This document shows, in pieces, positions 10,886 to 22,800 of a stretch of 64,000 nt of DNA (within the stretch, counting starts at the first letter, position 1; each line of letters starts with the position of its first letter). Below the pieces are notes generated by a model. It did not search any database, was not told where the DNA came from, and was given only the letters and a program-made list of their open reading frames with translations. The stretch spans positions 186,001 through 250,000 of the forward strand of contig MU053472.1 of NCBI GenBank assembly GCA_013239625.1, written 5' to 3'. Source of the DNA: Lama guanicoe. Its lineage: Eukaryota. The translations under genes were made by a program, and so were the position numbers.

Positions 10886-11835
10886 TGCCCACACATCACT
10901 CACTTTGTGCACAGCAACAAGGACCCTATTTTTCCACACCATCACCCTCCGGGCAGCTGTCACGGGAAAGCACGGTGACCCGCTGAGCACCTGCGCGAGG
11001 TCCCTGCTCACCTGACGTCCTGTCCTGCTGGCGCCTCGGACAGTCGCCCTGAGAGGCGCGGCCCGAAGCCCAGCCTCCCGTCTACGCAGTATTGTCACGA
11101 TGCCTCTCCCACGGTGTCCAGCACTCCCGTCTGCCCTCCAGACGGGAGGCGAGAAACCACGGAAGAGGAAGCGAGAAAGCCGGAGTGTCTACATTTTGCT
11201 CCTTCATCGAACAAACTGACGTGAAAACTTGAATCTGTTACTGAAATGAGGAGGACGCGTGCTATTGAACTGAGCCAAACCCACTGTAAATATCAGCCAA
11301 CTCCCCCCACCACCCCTATCCCGGCTGATCTTCAGGTTTCTTTTAAAGAAGTAAATTTGTCCAATGGGTGTAAACTATAAACTACTGTAATTAAGTGCAA
11401 TTTCCCCCTCCACTTCCTCTCCCCCCTGCCCTGTATATAATACTAAAGTGTCTATTAGTTTTCTTTGTAAAGGTCAGAGTCGAATTTTCAAAGTGATTTG
11501 CCCCCTCTCTCTTCCCCCAGCAAGAAATATCTAAGGCGGCGGTGAAGTCCTTGCCCCATTCCTCAGGCCTGGACACACACAGGGACTGTGTCTTTTGGAC
11601 TGACTGCCAGCTAATTCCGATCTTCTGATGTTAAGACACATCTCTGGATCCGTGGGAAGGCTGAACATGGGGTCAGATAATGTCCTAGCTTCTGGTGGGG
11701 CTGGGGCCTCAGCCAGGACACCCCCCCACCCCCCCAAAAAAAAACCCAGGCAGAGCAGCTGGCTGTTGGATAGCACAAGAAAAAGTTGCCCTTACAGAAA
11801 AAATCCCATTAAAACAATTTATTTTATCACTGCCC
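10886..11835 (+). other. HNF1B: HNF1B 3'UTR (3' end approximate)
   Basis: Follows the stop codon, has no obvious repeats, contains AU-rich blocks with miRNA seed matches, and ends near an ATTAAA hexamer. Confidence 0.75.
11808..11813 (+). terminator. HNF1B: Probable HNF1B polyadenylation signal (ATTAAA variant)
   Basis: cccATTAAAacaattttattttatca, followed by U/GU-rich sequence (atttctgtctct). I saw no AATAAA earlier in the UTR. Confidence 0.65.
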
Positions 11836-14654
11836 AGAGTCTCATATTTCTGTCTCTGACATTTCCCCTGCCACGGTTCGTCCAAGAACCCCTGGCCCCC
11901 ATGGAATTTTCCACTTACTCCACCAGGCTCACTGCTGCACGTCCCAGAGTCTCCAGGCCGGCTTTACTGCGAAGGTAAGAAGAGTCCGGTACCCCGCCCC
12001 CCATCAGACTCCACAAGCCCTTCAGAGGGGACCTGGCGGGAGCTGGAGGCAATCCCTTTTTCTTCCTGCGACTCATAGGAGTAGACATGGAGCCAGCTCT
12101 TGGTGACTGTTGGTCATGGGAACAGATAAAAAGCAGGAAGAATAGAAACCGTGTGGATAACATTTTCAACCTCATTTTAAGCATGAACTCTAGCCTTTCC
12201 TCCCTTCTGTGGGGCTGTTAGTCAGGAGAATGGGCTCTTGTGGCTAACGCCTCCTCCCCACATCCCCTCCTGTGGTGGGGATGCTGATGAAGACAGTCCA
12301 AAAAAAACCACAAAAAACCAAAGGCCTGAACACTGCCAGCTGAGACTTTGCCACAAATAACCCAGTGTTGATTCCAGGAGAAGGAGGCTGGACCTGTCCT
12401 CTTTGCCATCTCTTCTCTTGCACAGCATAGACCTACCGACACGTGGTTTCTGGCTTCCAGACAGAGCAGTTCCCAGGCTGGATGTAAGCAAGGGCATCAT
12501 GCTGACCAAGCCCCAAGCTACAGGGTTTTCAAAACCCCAGTGCAGAGGAAGACGCAGTTCTTGGTGAGCCAGACAGACCTACTGAGTGCCCAGGGCAGGG
12601 ATGGGTAGATTTGGAAGTGCTGATCTCCTTCGGCTCCTGGTCCCCCCGGGGCAATGTAATTTGGGATGAAGTAGTCAAGAGAAAACTCATGGTCAGGTTG
12701 AAAAGGACTCGGCCAAGGCCAAGCACCAAGTGTCAAGAGAGGCCAAGATTCCCTGTCACTGGTGGAGATTGTCCTATTGGTTGGCTCCTGGGAGCTCCAG
12801 GAAGAGGAACAGAATGTAAGTCTCAAGCTCCAGCCTCAATGGGAGCCCTATATTTAGACTCATGTTGTTTCTGGAACAGCAAGTATCTGCATTTGATAGA
12901 TCTTAGATCTTGCATTGCTGCAATAACCCTGAGAACCCAGAAGGTCTTAATCATCCAAGAGGTCATCTGGGCAGGGAACAGGTGGGGAAGAATCTCTAGG
13001 GACTTGACTTAACCAAACCGTACATGAACCCAGACGTAAAGAAGGTGACCCTGACAGCTGAGAGTCCTCCCTTCCAAATCAAATCTTCCTTCCCCCTGGC
13101 TCTAATAGGGGCAAGGAGGACCACTGGGTATGGATTCAGGTGGGAATTACCCACTCTGAAGATTCGTTTGCAATAAAAACCCCTATACCTTCCTCCAGCA
13201 CATTATGGACCCAACATTTCCAGAGTCTCTTTACACCCGGAGCCCAGGCTGACAGACAGGTGGCTCTGTTTTCACCATGGCTTTGCCATCATTTTCTAGG
13301 GTGAGCTCTGGGGAAGGCAGATTTTGTTTTAACCTCCACGATTAGGAAAGAAAATCAGTCTGAAAACCTGCCTTAAAACGTATTGAATTTTCCACACCAA
13401 ACAGTGGATTATTTCCCCCCAAGGCAGAGATAACTGGAGTATTAGCTGCTGGATTCCGGTGGATAAGAACACAATGCAGACAGCCAGGGAGTCTGGGCTC
13501 TTGGTCCACAGTTGGGGGCAGGTCTTTGATATTCTTTTTAGAGCCAGAATCCCTTGATTAGAATCTCCGATTTCACCGCTTAACCCCATCCTCGTTGTCC
13601 TCCTACATAAAATTGGGTGATAATAATAGTATCTACTGAGTAGGGTGGTTTGAGGGGTAAATGAGTTACTACATGTTGAAGGCTTAGACGTGTGCCCGGG
13701 ACGTCGCGAGTGCTGTGTGTTAACATTCTCTCATCCCAGAGCGCCTTCTCCTGTCATCTTCTGGACTTGGATGATCTGTCCAGACAACCTCATCACAAAT
13801 GTGATGGTTGGTAAAGAAAGCTGTCAATCATTGGTGAAACGATTTTGCTTCTTTCTATGGTTTATGACCAATCGAACAGTGAACCAAGGATGAGCCAGGA
13901 AGGAGAGGTCTGAGGAGAGAGGAAAGGCTGGACTGGGGAGTCTGTCTCCTTAGGGGAAGAAGGAGGGGCTAGGCAGGGATCTTGTGATGCATGGGAGCAC
14001 CCCAGGGAGCCAGGAGGCTGCAACTGACCCACAAAGCTGGCTTTCTGCTCCTAAATGTGAGTGGGAGGGGGGTCATGGAGGAGGAATACAGGGCACGAGG
14101 AAGGGTGTGGGTCAGGAAGAGGCAGGAGTGAACTTCTTTTCAAGGACAGTCAGGGCTGATGTGTCCTCTTTGAATGAGGAATTCATTCAAATGAGTGGTG
14201 TTGACATCTGTTCTTAAAAATTAGAGATTACCAATAATGGGCCACACAGTGGCATACCACATAGCCCCGATTTTAAATACTTCAGACACATTCTAGTTGT
14301 ATCAAACAGGCTGAATACTCATGAGAAGTTGCAATTAGCTAAACCAAATGCCTAAAAAACTCCTCCCTGTCTCTGCCTGTCTCCCTCCCTCCCTGTCTGT
14401 CCGTCTGTCTCTCTCTATCTGTTACGGAGGTCGTTCCAGCTGGGCAAATACTAGATTGTCAGCCAAGATTTATAACATGATGCTATTTTATAAATGAACC
14501 TTTGGGGTGTGCAGGACTTCACGCACGCCTGCATGACCATCTTTTTTCCTGGGTGTATATAAAATGGTATATGTATGTATGTAGAGGGAACACTTTCTAA
14601 GGAAGAACCAGCAGAGCAAACACGAGGGGGACAACATCAAAAGCAGAAATTACT

Positions 14655-14822
14655 GGGGAGGGGAGGGTATAGCTCAGTGGTAGAACTCACACTTAGCATG
14701 CACGATGTCCTGGGTTCGATTCCCAATACCTCTGTTTAAAAATAAATGAATACATAAAATAAATAAATAAACCCAATTACTTGCCCCCTCCAAAAAATAA
14801 AAATAAATTGAAAAAAAGAAAC
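14655..14822 (+). mobile_element. Vic-1-like SINE, full length, with degenerate TSD
   Basis: ggggagggtatagctcagtggtag...gggttcgattccc...(aaat)n aaacccaattac plus A-tail; flanked by atcaaaagcagaaattac / atcaaaaacaggaattac. Confidence 0.88.
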
Positions 14823-15196
14823 CTGATCAAAAACAGGAATTACCAAAGCAGGTTTCGTGCTGTCTGCCTGTGTAAGTTTACGCTAGCAGATCACCCAGCA
14901 CAAATAGAAGAAAGGTCTTTGCCATTTCTACACATTTAATTTCCTCACCAGATACATACTGTTATATTCCCAAAAGGCAGATTTCCTGCCTATGCCCTAT
15001 AGTCCAAACATCCTCAGTAAACCAATTATATTAAATTCTTCCCAATTAATTATGAAAGGAATAAAAAGGTAAAGCTTACCTTAAAAAAAAAATCACATTA
15101 TAAGGAAAGCATGCCTGGTTTCCTGAGCTATTATAAAGCCTTCTGTGTGTCCCTTTGCTTTTGGAAATACTATCTAGTCCACAATAATGTTTCCCA

Positions 15197-15870
15197 TTTA
15201 TTTATTCAAAAAATATTTACTGACACCTACTGTGTGCCAGGCACCATTGTTCTAGACACTGAGGATACATCAGTGAACTAAATGGGTAAAAATCTTTGCC
15301 CTCGTGAGCTCTACATTCTGGTTAAGGGGACAGGAAGTCAACGTGTGAAAGTGTCATGTGCGTGTCAGATGATTTAAAAAAAAAATCTAGGAAGAATATA
15401 GCAGGGAGGCTAGAGTGGCTGGAGCTGAGTTAGAGGGAGCGTGTGGGTCAGGGAGGTGAGCAGAGAGCGGGGACAGGATGGCAAGTGACAAGAGCCTTGT
15501 TGCTGTTGTGAGGACCCCGATGAGCCCCTGTAAGGACTTTCTCTGATGCAGCTGGAGGCCATCAGGAAGTTCTGGGCAGAGCAGAGATGGGGTCTGGCTC
15601 ATGCTTTCATTAAAAGGATTTTTCTAGTTGCTGAGTCGTAGGAGCAGCCAAGAGTGGCCGCAAAGAGACCAGCGGGAGGCTGGTTGCCGTCATCCCAGCC
15701 TGAGACCAGGAGGTGGTGGTGCAGGTGAAGAGAGGCTGCCTGATTGTGGATGTTTTTTGAAAGGTAGAGGATTTGAAGGCACCAGGGTTTCTTGATGGTT
15801 TAGATGTGGAGCGTGGGGAAGAGAAGCCTCAAAGAGGATTCCGAGGTCTGGGACCTGAACAAAGCAGGAA
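15197..15870 (-). mobile_element. L2 3' fragment
   Basis: ttcaaaaaatatttactgacacctactgtgtgccaggcac...ctggaggccatcaggaagttctgggcagagcagagatggggtctg. Confidence 0.7.
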
Positions 15871-16441
15871 AGAGAAAATGATGGTGTGGAAAACGGAAAA
15901 CAACACTGCCGGAGTCAAGCCCCGATCTCAGCTCTTTGTTAAAGCGGCCCTTTAGCAGGCATCTCACTAGGATGTCAGGCTGTGATGTCTGCTTTCACCC
16001 TATCCCTGATGCGATGATCGGGCTCTCCGAGCGGCAGCAACGTGACATTTGATCATTCATCCAACAGAGGGCTTACTATGTGCTACATAACTTTCCTAGG
16101 CATGGGGAGAAAAGCAGTTTGTTTGTTTGTTTTTAAAAAATGTTACTTTTCCCAAGGGGCTTACATTCAACTGGGAGGGAGCCAACAATGACTGAATAAA
16201 CAAATAGACCATATGCCAGGTATTGACTGATAGGTACTGGAAAGAAACACAAAGCCAAGAGAGGGGGTGGGGTGGGGAAGGAGGTGGATACATTTTTGTG
16301 GGGAGATCTCTACTCCCTTGCTTTCCGAAGCAGGATTTCTTGGGGGCATCATTACTGAAAAGATGCATCAAAGTGTACTTCTGAGTCAGTTACACTGGCG
16401 GCCAAAGACTTACCCCTCCGCTGCCTCCTTCTCTAGGACAC

Positions 16442-16878
16442 TGTATTAGTTCCCTGTGGCTGCGATAACAAATTATCCCAAACTTGGTGGCTTAAAACTC
16501 CAATATTAGATTCTCTCACAGTTCTGGGGCCCAGAAGTCCAAAATCAGTATCACTGGGTCAAAGCCAGGGGTCAGCAGGGCCATACCAGCTCTGGAGGTA
16601 ATGGGAGAATCCATTCCTTGCCTCCTCCAGCTTCAGGTGGCTTCCAGGTTCCTCGGCTTGTGGCCACATCACTCCAATCCCTGCCTTCTCTCCTGGGTCA
16701 AATCTCCCTCTTCATCCTCCTCATAAGGATACACAACATTGTATTTAGGGCCCACCCAGATTATCCAGGAGAATCTTCCTTCATCACATCCACAAAGACT
16801 CTTCTTTTTAAGGTAACATTGAGAGCTTCCAAGGATTCAGACCTGACATCTTTGGAGGTAATTCTACAGCCTAATACA
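16442..16878. mobile_element. MLT1-family (ERVL-MaLR) solo LTR
   Basis: Starts tgtattagtt.cct.tggctgc.ataacaaattat.ccaaacttggtggcttaaa; ends attctacagcctaataca (TG...CA termini). Confidence 0.85.
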
Positions 16879-19800
16879 GACTTTTCCACAGGCCCAGAAA
16901 AGGAAAGTGATAGGAACTAAAGGTGATAGTTTCTTTTGCACAACTTTTTTCAATTTTAATTCATGATTATTTTTGTTAAAAAAAAAATAGATTGCCTTGC
17001 CCAGGAATCATGGACGGTAACGAGAAGGATACTTGTTTCTGCATCTTGATGAAATCGACTTTCTATGGGAGCCACACTTTGGAAAAGCTTGAATCAATAA
17101 GTAAATGAAAAACTTAAACGTGGCGCTTATGTTTGTATCATGGAAGCAAAACAACAGGCTACCACTGTAGCGATGGTTAACCATTCATCCACCCCTTTGT
17201 TCACCTGGTAATTATTTACTGCTGCCATCCAGAGCTGTGGTTGAGAACTCAGGCTGGGGGATTTGGGTAAATCAAAGTTCCAATCCTGGCCCTACCACTT
17301 ACTAGCTGTGTGATCTTGGGAAGGCTACTGAACCTCTCTGAGCCCCTTTCCTTATCTGAAAATGGGGTGGTTGTTGTTGGGATGAAATGAGATGCCAGGT
17401 GAACAAAGTCTTCCCCTGAGACATAAAGAAGTGTGCGGTAAATTAGTTATTAGCATCCAGGCTTCCCGGGACTGTGGAAGAGAAGACAATGAGCCCCATC
17501 CCCGCTGTCACTGAATGCCTTCCTGCAACTAGATTGTAAGCTCTGTGAGAGCGGGGACTTGGTGTTTTATTCACTGTTTTGTCCCCAGCATCTAGTCCCT
17601 AGAACATACTAGGCACTCAGTAAATTTTTTTTGAGTGAGTGAATGTGTGTATGTATGTCGTGGAGTTAACTAGTTTGATGTCTGGAAAATGGCCCCAGTG
17701 TCCACCTACCACCACTCTCACCACCTCTGTCTGGGGCATCCCAAGTTTCAGAGGAAGGAGAAAATCACTGTTATTACTTTTATCAATGGGGATAAGGAGA
17801 AAGGAAAGAGGTCAAAATGGAGGTCCTAGATCATGCCTGTGGTGAGTGCAGTACTAGGGTTAGTTAGACCAGCTTGGAACCCATTCTGGCTTCTGAGCTG
17901 GCTCTCAGAAAGTAACAAACTGCTTCGGTCTACCTGTGAGACCGATCTCTGTACCCCGTCTGCAAATATTCCTACCATCCACAGAAACAGGACCAGACTG
18001 CAGACTTCTCAAGGACAGAAGCCCGAGGTGCTCTCTCTCTTTACTTGCCTAACCTCGAGCTTCGTCCGTTTGACTCTATTCTTTGTATGTTCTCAATGTG
18101 CAAAGCCTCTAAGTGTGGTAGAGAGAGGCCTACTGGGTGTCCTTTCACTCATTCATTCAACAAACCTCGTTTGCACACTGACTTGAGCCAGATTCTGCGG
18201 TGGGTGCCAGGGATTCCAAGATGCCTTGAAGGAGTTCTCAGCCTGGCTGGGGAGACAGAAAAATTAGTAAATGGTTGGGATGTGGTGTGTCGGTGTTAGG
18301 TCACATGGTAGGACGATGGGAAGAAGTTGTTTGGGTGGGAATCAGAGAAGTTTCCTCAGAAAGACACTTGGACTGTGTCATGAAGAATGAATGTCACGTG
18401 GCAAAGGGGGGTGAGGGGTAGGGAGAAGACATTCCAGCTGAAGGCCCATAAAATGCAAAGTGATTGCCCAAATCAGTGAGTTCCAGTGTGGTCTCAGCCC
18501 AGATCTTCTGTCCTCTGCATGCCTGAGACCCCCCTGTACCTCTCTTGCCCTGGCCCTACAAACCATGATCTGACACAGTGAAATATATTCTCCGGGCTGC
18601 AGTGTCCTCAGGTCAAGGTAATGGGTCACTAGCCAGCCGGTGCCTCCGAGGAGTGAACCAGGGCCTGAGAATCAAATATGAGGGCCCCACATCTCAGAGG
18701 AGCAGAGGTAACGCATGGGGTAAGGCATGTGATGTTTACGTTCAGAAACTGCAAAGCCACTAGCTCGCAGAGTGTCATTACGTCTGCAGGTGGAGGGTAA
18801 TTTTCCTGTTACTCAAGGACTCCTGATCAGGCTCTGATTGGTCTCTGGGGAATTGTTTTATGACCCAGAGCCAGGCAGCGAGAGATAGGAGATGTGGTTT
18901 GCTGGGCAGAAATTTACAAGGCAGGAAATTGCTTCACTGGGCACAACCATTCATAAGAAACACCTCTGGGAAAAGGAGACCTGGCTCCTGGCAGGTCTGC
19001 CCCTGGCCATTTGTTTACATCAGCAACAACCCAGTGTTCCTGGTTACACAATGTGGCCGCGTCACTTTGAGTGGGGGATCTTTGCCCCTTGGAAGAATAA
19101 ACACATTCCTCACCTGCAATGGAATTAGCAGACCTCACAGACTTTTCAGTGACTCGCCTGGAGGTCTTAATGTCATAGGAAGGTGACTCTCAACATGATT
19201 AGCTGTACAACCTAACTTACTCCTGATTCGGCTGAATTTCCCTATACATGGAAGTACAGGCTAAGATGAAAATAGTCCAGTGTTAAAGGGTGGAAAGTGT
19301 GACAACCCAGGAGGTTGCCAAAGCCGTGCTGGGTTTCTTAGGAACGATCCAGTCACTGGTTTAGGGGTCATTGGTCAGTCTTTGGGGGAGGAGGGGAAAG
19401 GGCTGTGAGTTGTTTAGATATATTCCAAAGCCCTCGTGTCCATTGTCCCACCGGCTCTTAGCTGAGTTCTAGAGTCCAGAGTTTTAAGCAGGAGGGCCAT
19501 CAGATCTGCACAGGTCGATGTGGGGAAGATAAGGGGCAGTGGCTGAGTCTCCAGAACCTTGTGGGTCTGTCTGGCGAGCGAGTGGAGACTCGAGCCCAGC
19601 ACTGTTCAGCAGAACAGTAGTGATAAGAGTCACACCTGGGCCCAACTCCCCCTACCTTCCATGTAAACCCCACCCCAGTCCCGGCCTGGCCAGGTGAGCT
19701 TCAACAGACTGCGTCCCCTCTCTGGGACCCCCGGTTCTGTATCTGTGAAATGGGGGTGGGGAGCCAGGCCACTTTACATCACCACTCTCACACGAGGATT

Positions 19801-22800
19801 GAGTTGTCTCTGGAGCAGTTGGGTGGGTCGGGGGACGTGGAGGGGAAATTTATTTTATGTTTCTTTCACCTTCATGCGGGGAATTGCAGGCAATTCACTG
19901 TTACCCCGACTTAGCTCTGGACCTGCTCGCTGTGCGCTTATGCTGGTGGGCGGAGCATCCAAGGCAGGAGCAGCCAGCGGCGGAAGGCCCTGTGCGTGCC
20001 CCGTCTGAGCTCGTTCTGTTTGCTTCCTGGAGACCATTTGTTTAATTCTGTCTCCCACTAGCAAGGTCTAAGGGGGCCCACACTATGTCATTCTTGCTCA
20101 CCACTGTATCTCCAGTGCCTCGGACAGGGCCTGGTGCGTGGCAGATTCTCCAGAAATGGCAAAAAGGTTTAAAGCCATTGCCCCTAGACTTTTGAAGAAT
20201 AGGGTTACTGGCCTCCTGAACTCCAAATTGTCCTAGAGGGACCAGGATAAACCCAGAAGTGAAGGGATGATCCCACGGGGTCAGACTGGAGGAATGATGT
20301 GTGGATGGGACAGCATGAGGCAGATCCAGAGGAGTGTTTTGGGATCAAAAGCATGGCCCATGCCAGCATGTTAGGAGCGCATTTCAGGTTGGAACATGGG
20401 TATGGGCCCTGACGTCCTGAAGCCATGTTTCTTCTCAAACTGGGCTATAGGGCAGTGAGCCAGGAGGTTTGAGAAGCCACAAGAAAAATAGCTTATCTTC
20501 CTGCAGCTATTTTGGGAGAGAGAAGTAATTTTAACTGCATTTTTATATCAAAGCAAATTATAAGTCACAGGAGAAAATGAAACATTTACATGCGTTTTTA
20601 AGATAAAATGTGGGGCTTCAAAGGTATTTCCATTTGCAGTGATCTAAAACTCCAGGTCCCTTGAGAAGTATGAAATTCACTCTTCTTGGCCACTAATGGT
20701 CCTTGCATGGAAAAGTTTCAGAAGCACTGGATTAAAAGAGCCAGGCAAATTGACACTCACATCATCCCAACTGAACCTGGGACCCCAAGAGATCAGCTTG
20801 CCGTCCCTCTCTCGGGTTCTCAGAAATACACGTCCTCTGTCCAAGAGAGGAGTTATACCCCCACTATGATCTTCTCCATTCCTGGTGGCCAGCACAGATG
20901 TGCTGCAAGGTGTCGGGACGAACTGAACTCCAGACAGACACTGCCATCTCCTCCTTTCTTCCTCCTGAGGGTGGTGGCAGCTCTGGCCTCCCATCCACGG
21001 GGAGCCCAAACCAAACAGCATGGGCACAGCTAACAAGTGTGGCTCCAGCTGGAACCCCGGGGGAGGGGATAATTTTCGCTTCCTTGGTTCTCAGGGCTAA
21101 ATGGTTGAAAAATTCTTCCCAAGTAGAGACACTGCTTTTTTATTTTCATTCACATTGTTGAGACAAAGACACTGAAATCACATAGGAAAAAGCTAGACAT
21201 GCAGATTAATTGGTAAGGTAACAGCTCTGCTCTGGAATATACGGAGATTGGCAGTGAATGGGTGTCTGGATCCGAGGCTATCCGCAGGAAGTTTACTTTT
21301 TGGCAAACTTTGATTCCCTAGCTCCAGGCCCTTCCTCTGACCTCCTGGCCAGTGAAGCTTCTCTGGGTCTCCCTGACTCTAGCGTAAGCCCCTGGAAGTG
21401 AGAATGGTGCCTCATTAATCTTTGTACCCACGACTGCTTGGCAGAGTCACTGCACAGAAGACGCCCTCAATAAATATTTGCTGGTGATGAAAATGACAGC
21501 ATCAGGCTAAGTCACTTACCAAATATTTACGTTCTGTGCAGTCTGCTGGGCACAGAGACTCAGTGATGAATAAGAAGCAGTCTCTTCCTCCCAGGGGCTC
21601 ATGGCTTAGTAGGGAAGGCTAATAGGGAAAACAAATACTGTGTGACAGAGACGTGAGCAAAACTGACTGGTGGCATCAAGCCGCCCCCTGCCCTCCTCCC
21701 TACTCAGACGGACAATACAGGTGCCGCTTGCTCTCTAGCCCGTGAATTCAGCAGCTAAAGTGAGGACTTCCAAATCCATTGAGATGGGCTCAGCCTCCTA
21801 CATCTGAAGTCGCAGGGGACCAAAGGGAGGGTTACGTTCGACGATGGGCTTTTACAATCACAGGAATGCCCAGAGTGGGTGGGCTGGAGGTGACCTCTCC
21901 ATCACCCTGTAGGGAAGTGAGGCCAGGCTAACACCTGTTGAGACAGGTAACTCCCATTTGTCCATTGCCCCCTATTTGCCGAGGAGGAGCAGGGAACTCC
22001 AGGGAGTGAGAGGCGATGGGTCACAACCAGGTGAGCCTCGTTTCGGCGGCACCACAAGCATTAGCCCGCAGATAGGGGGCCGTCCTGGAAGGATTTATAA
22101 CTCCAGATTTCAAGGTCTTATCGCAAACAAGCTCTTTCTCGAGCTCAACCTGTCAGGGCTCAGGGGAGTAGGCAGGTAGGGATGGACCAGATAGCGCTGT
22201 TGGAGGTGAGAATCTAGCAGAAATGTGCACCTTTGGCTGTAGCAGATAGGGGCATTTAGGAGGAATAGAGAGAGAGAAATGAAACTGTTTGTGGCTAATA
22301 TTACATAGGACATTGAACTGGTTAATAACGCTCACTTTCTCATCTCATTCCCTGTGGCCCAGGCCTGAAAGGTCACCAACATGCTTTGAAAATCCTAAGG
22401 CAAGCCCTGAGAGCCAGGCCAGCGGGAGCATTGTGTTACTCAGGCTTCTGCTCCCTAGAAGCTTCTCCCCTCCCTACCCCACCCCCAGGGTTCCTAACCC
22501 AGTGCATTTTATTGCTTGTGGAAGGGGGCTGGGGGGCAGCATCTCTGGTCTTACCTAGAGCTTCCAAGACAGGAGCTCAGCAGCGCTGTCCCTGCATAAA
22601 GGCAAATTGTCCCCCTCCGCTGCTTTGGGGTTGGGGGAGAGAGGGTGGGGCATGGTGTGGGGAGTCAGGGAGGCAATTGGTGGAGGCTGAGAAGGGGAGG
22701 AGGAGACCGCAAGTGGGAACCTCAGACTTGTGGCCGCTGAAGGTACCAGAGCTGCCTTTGTCACCACTTTCTCTCTTCAAGTCTCCCCTTGACGTTCATT

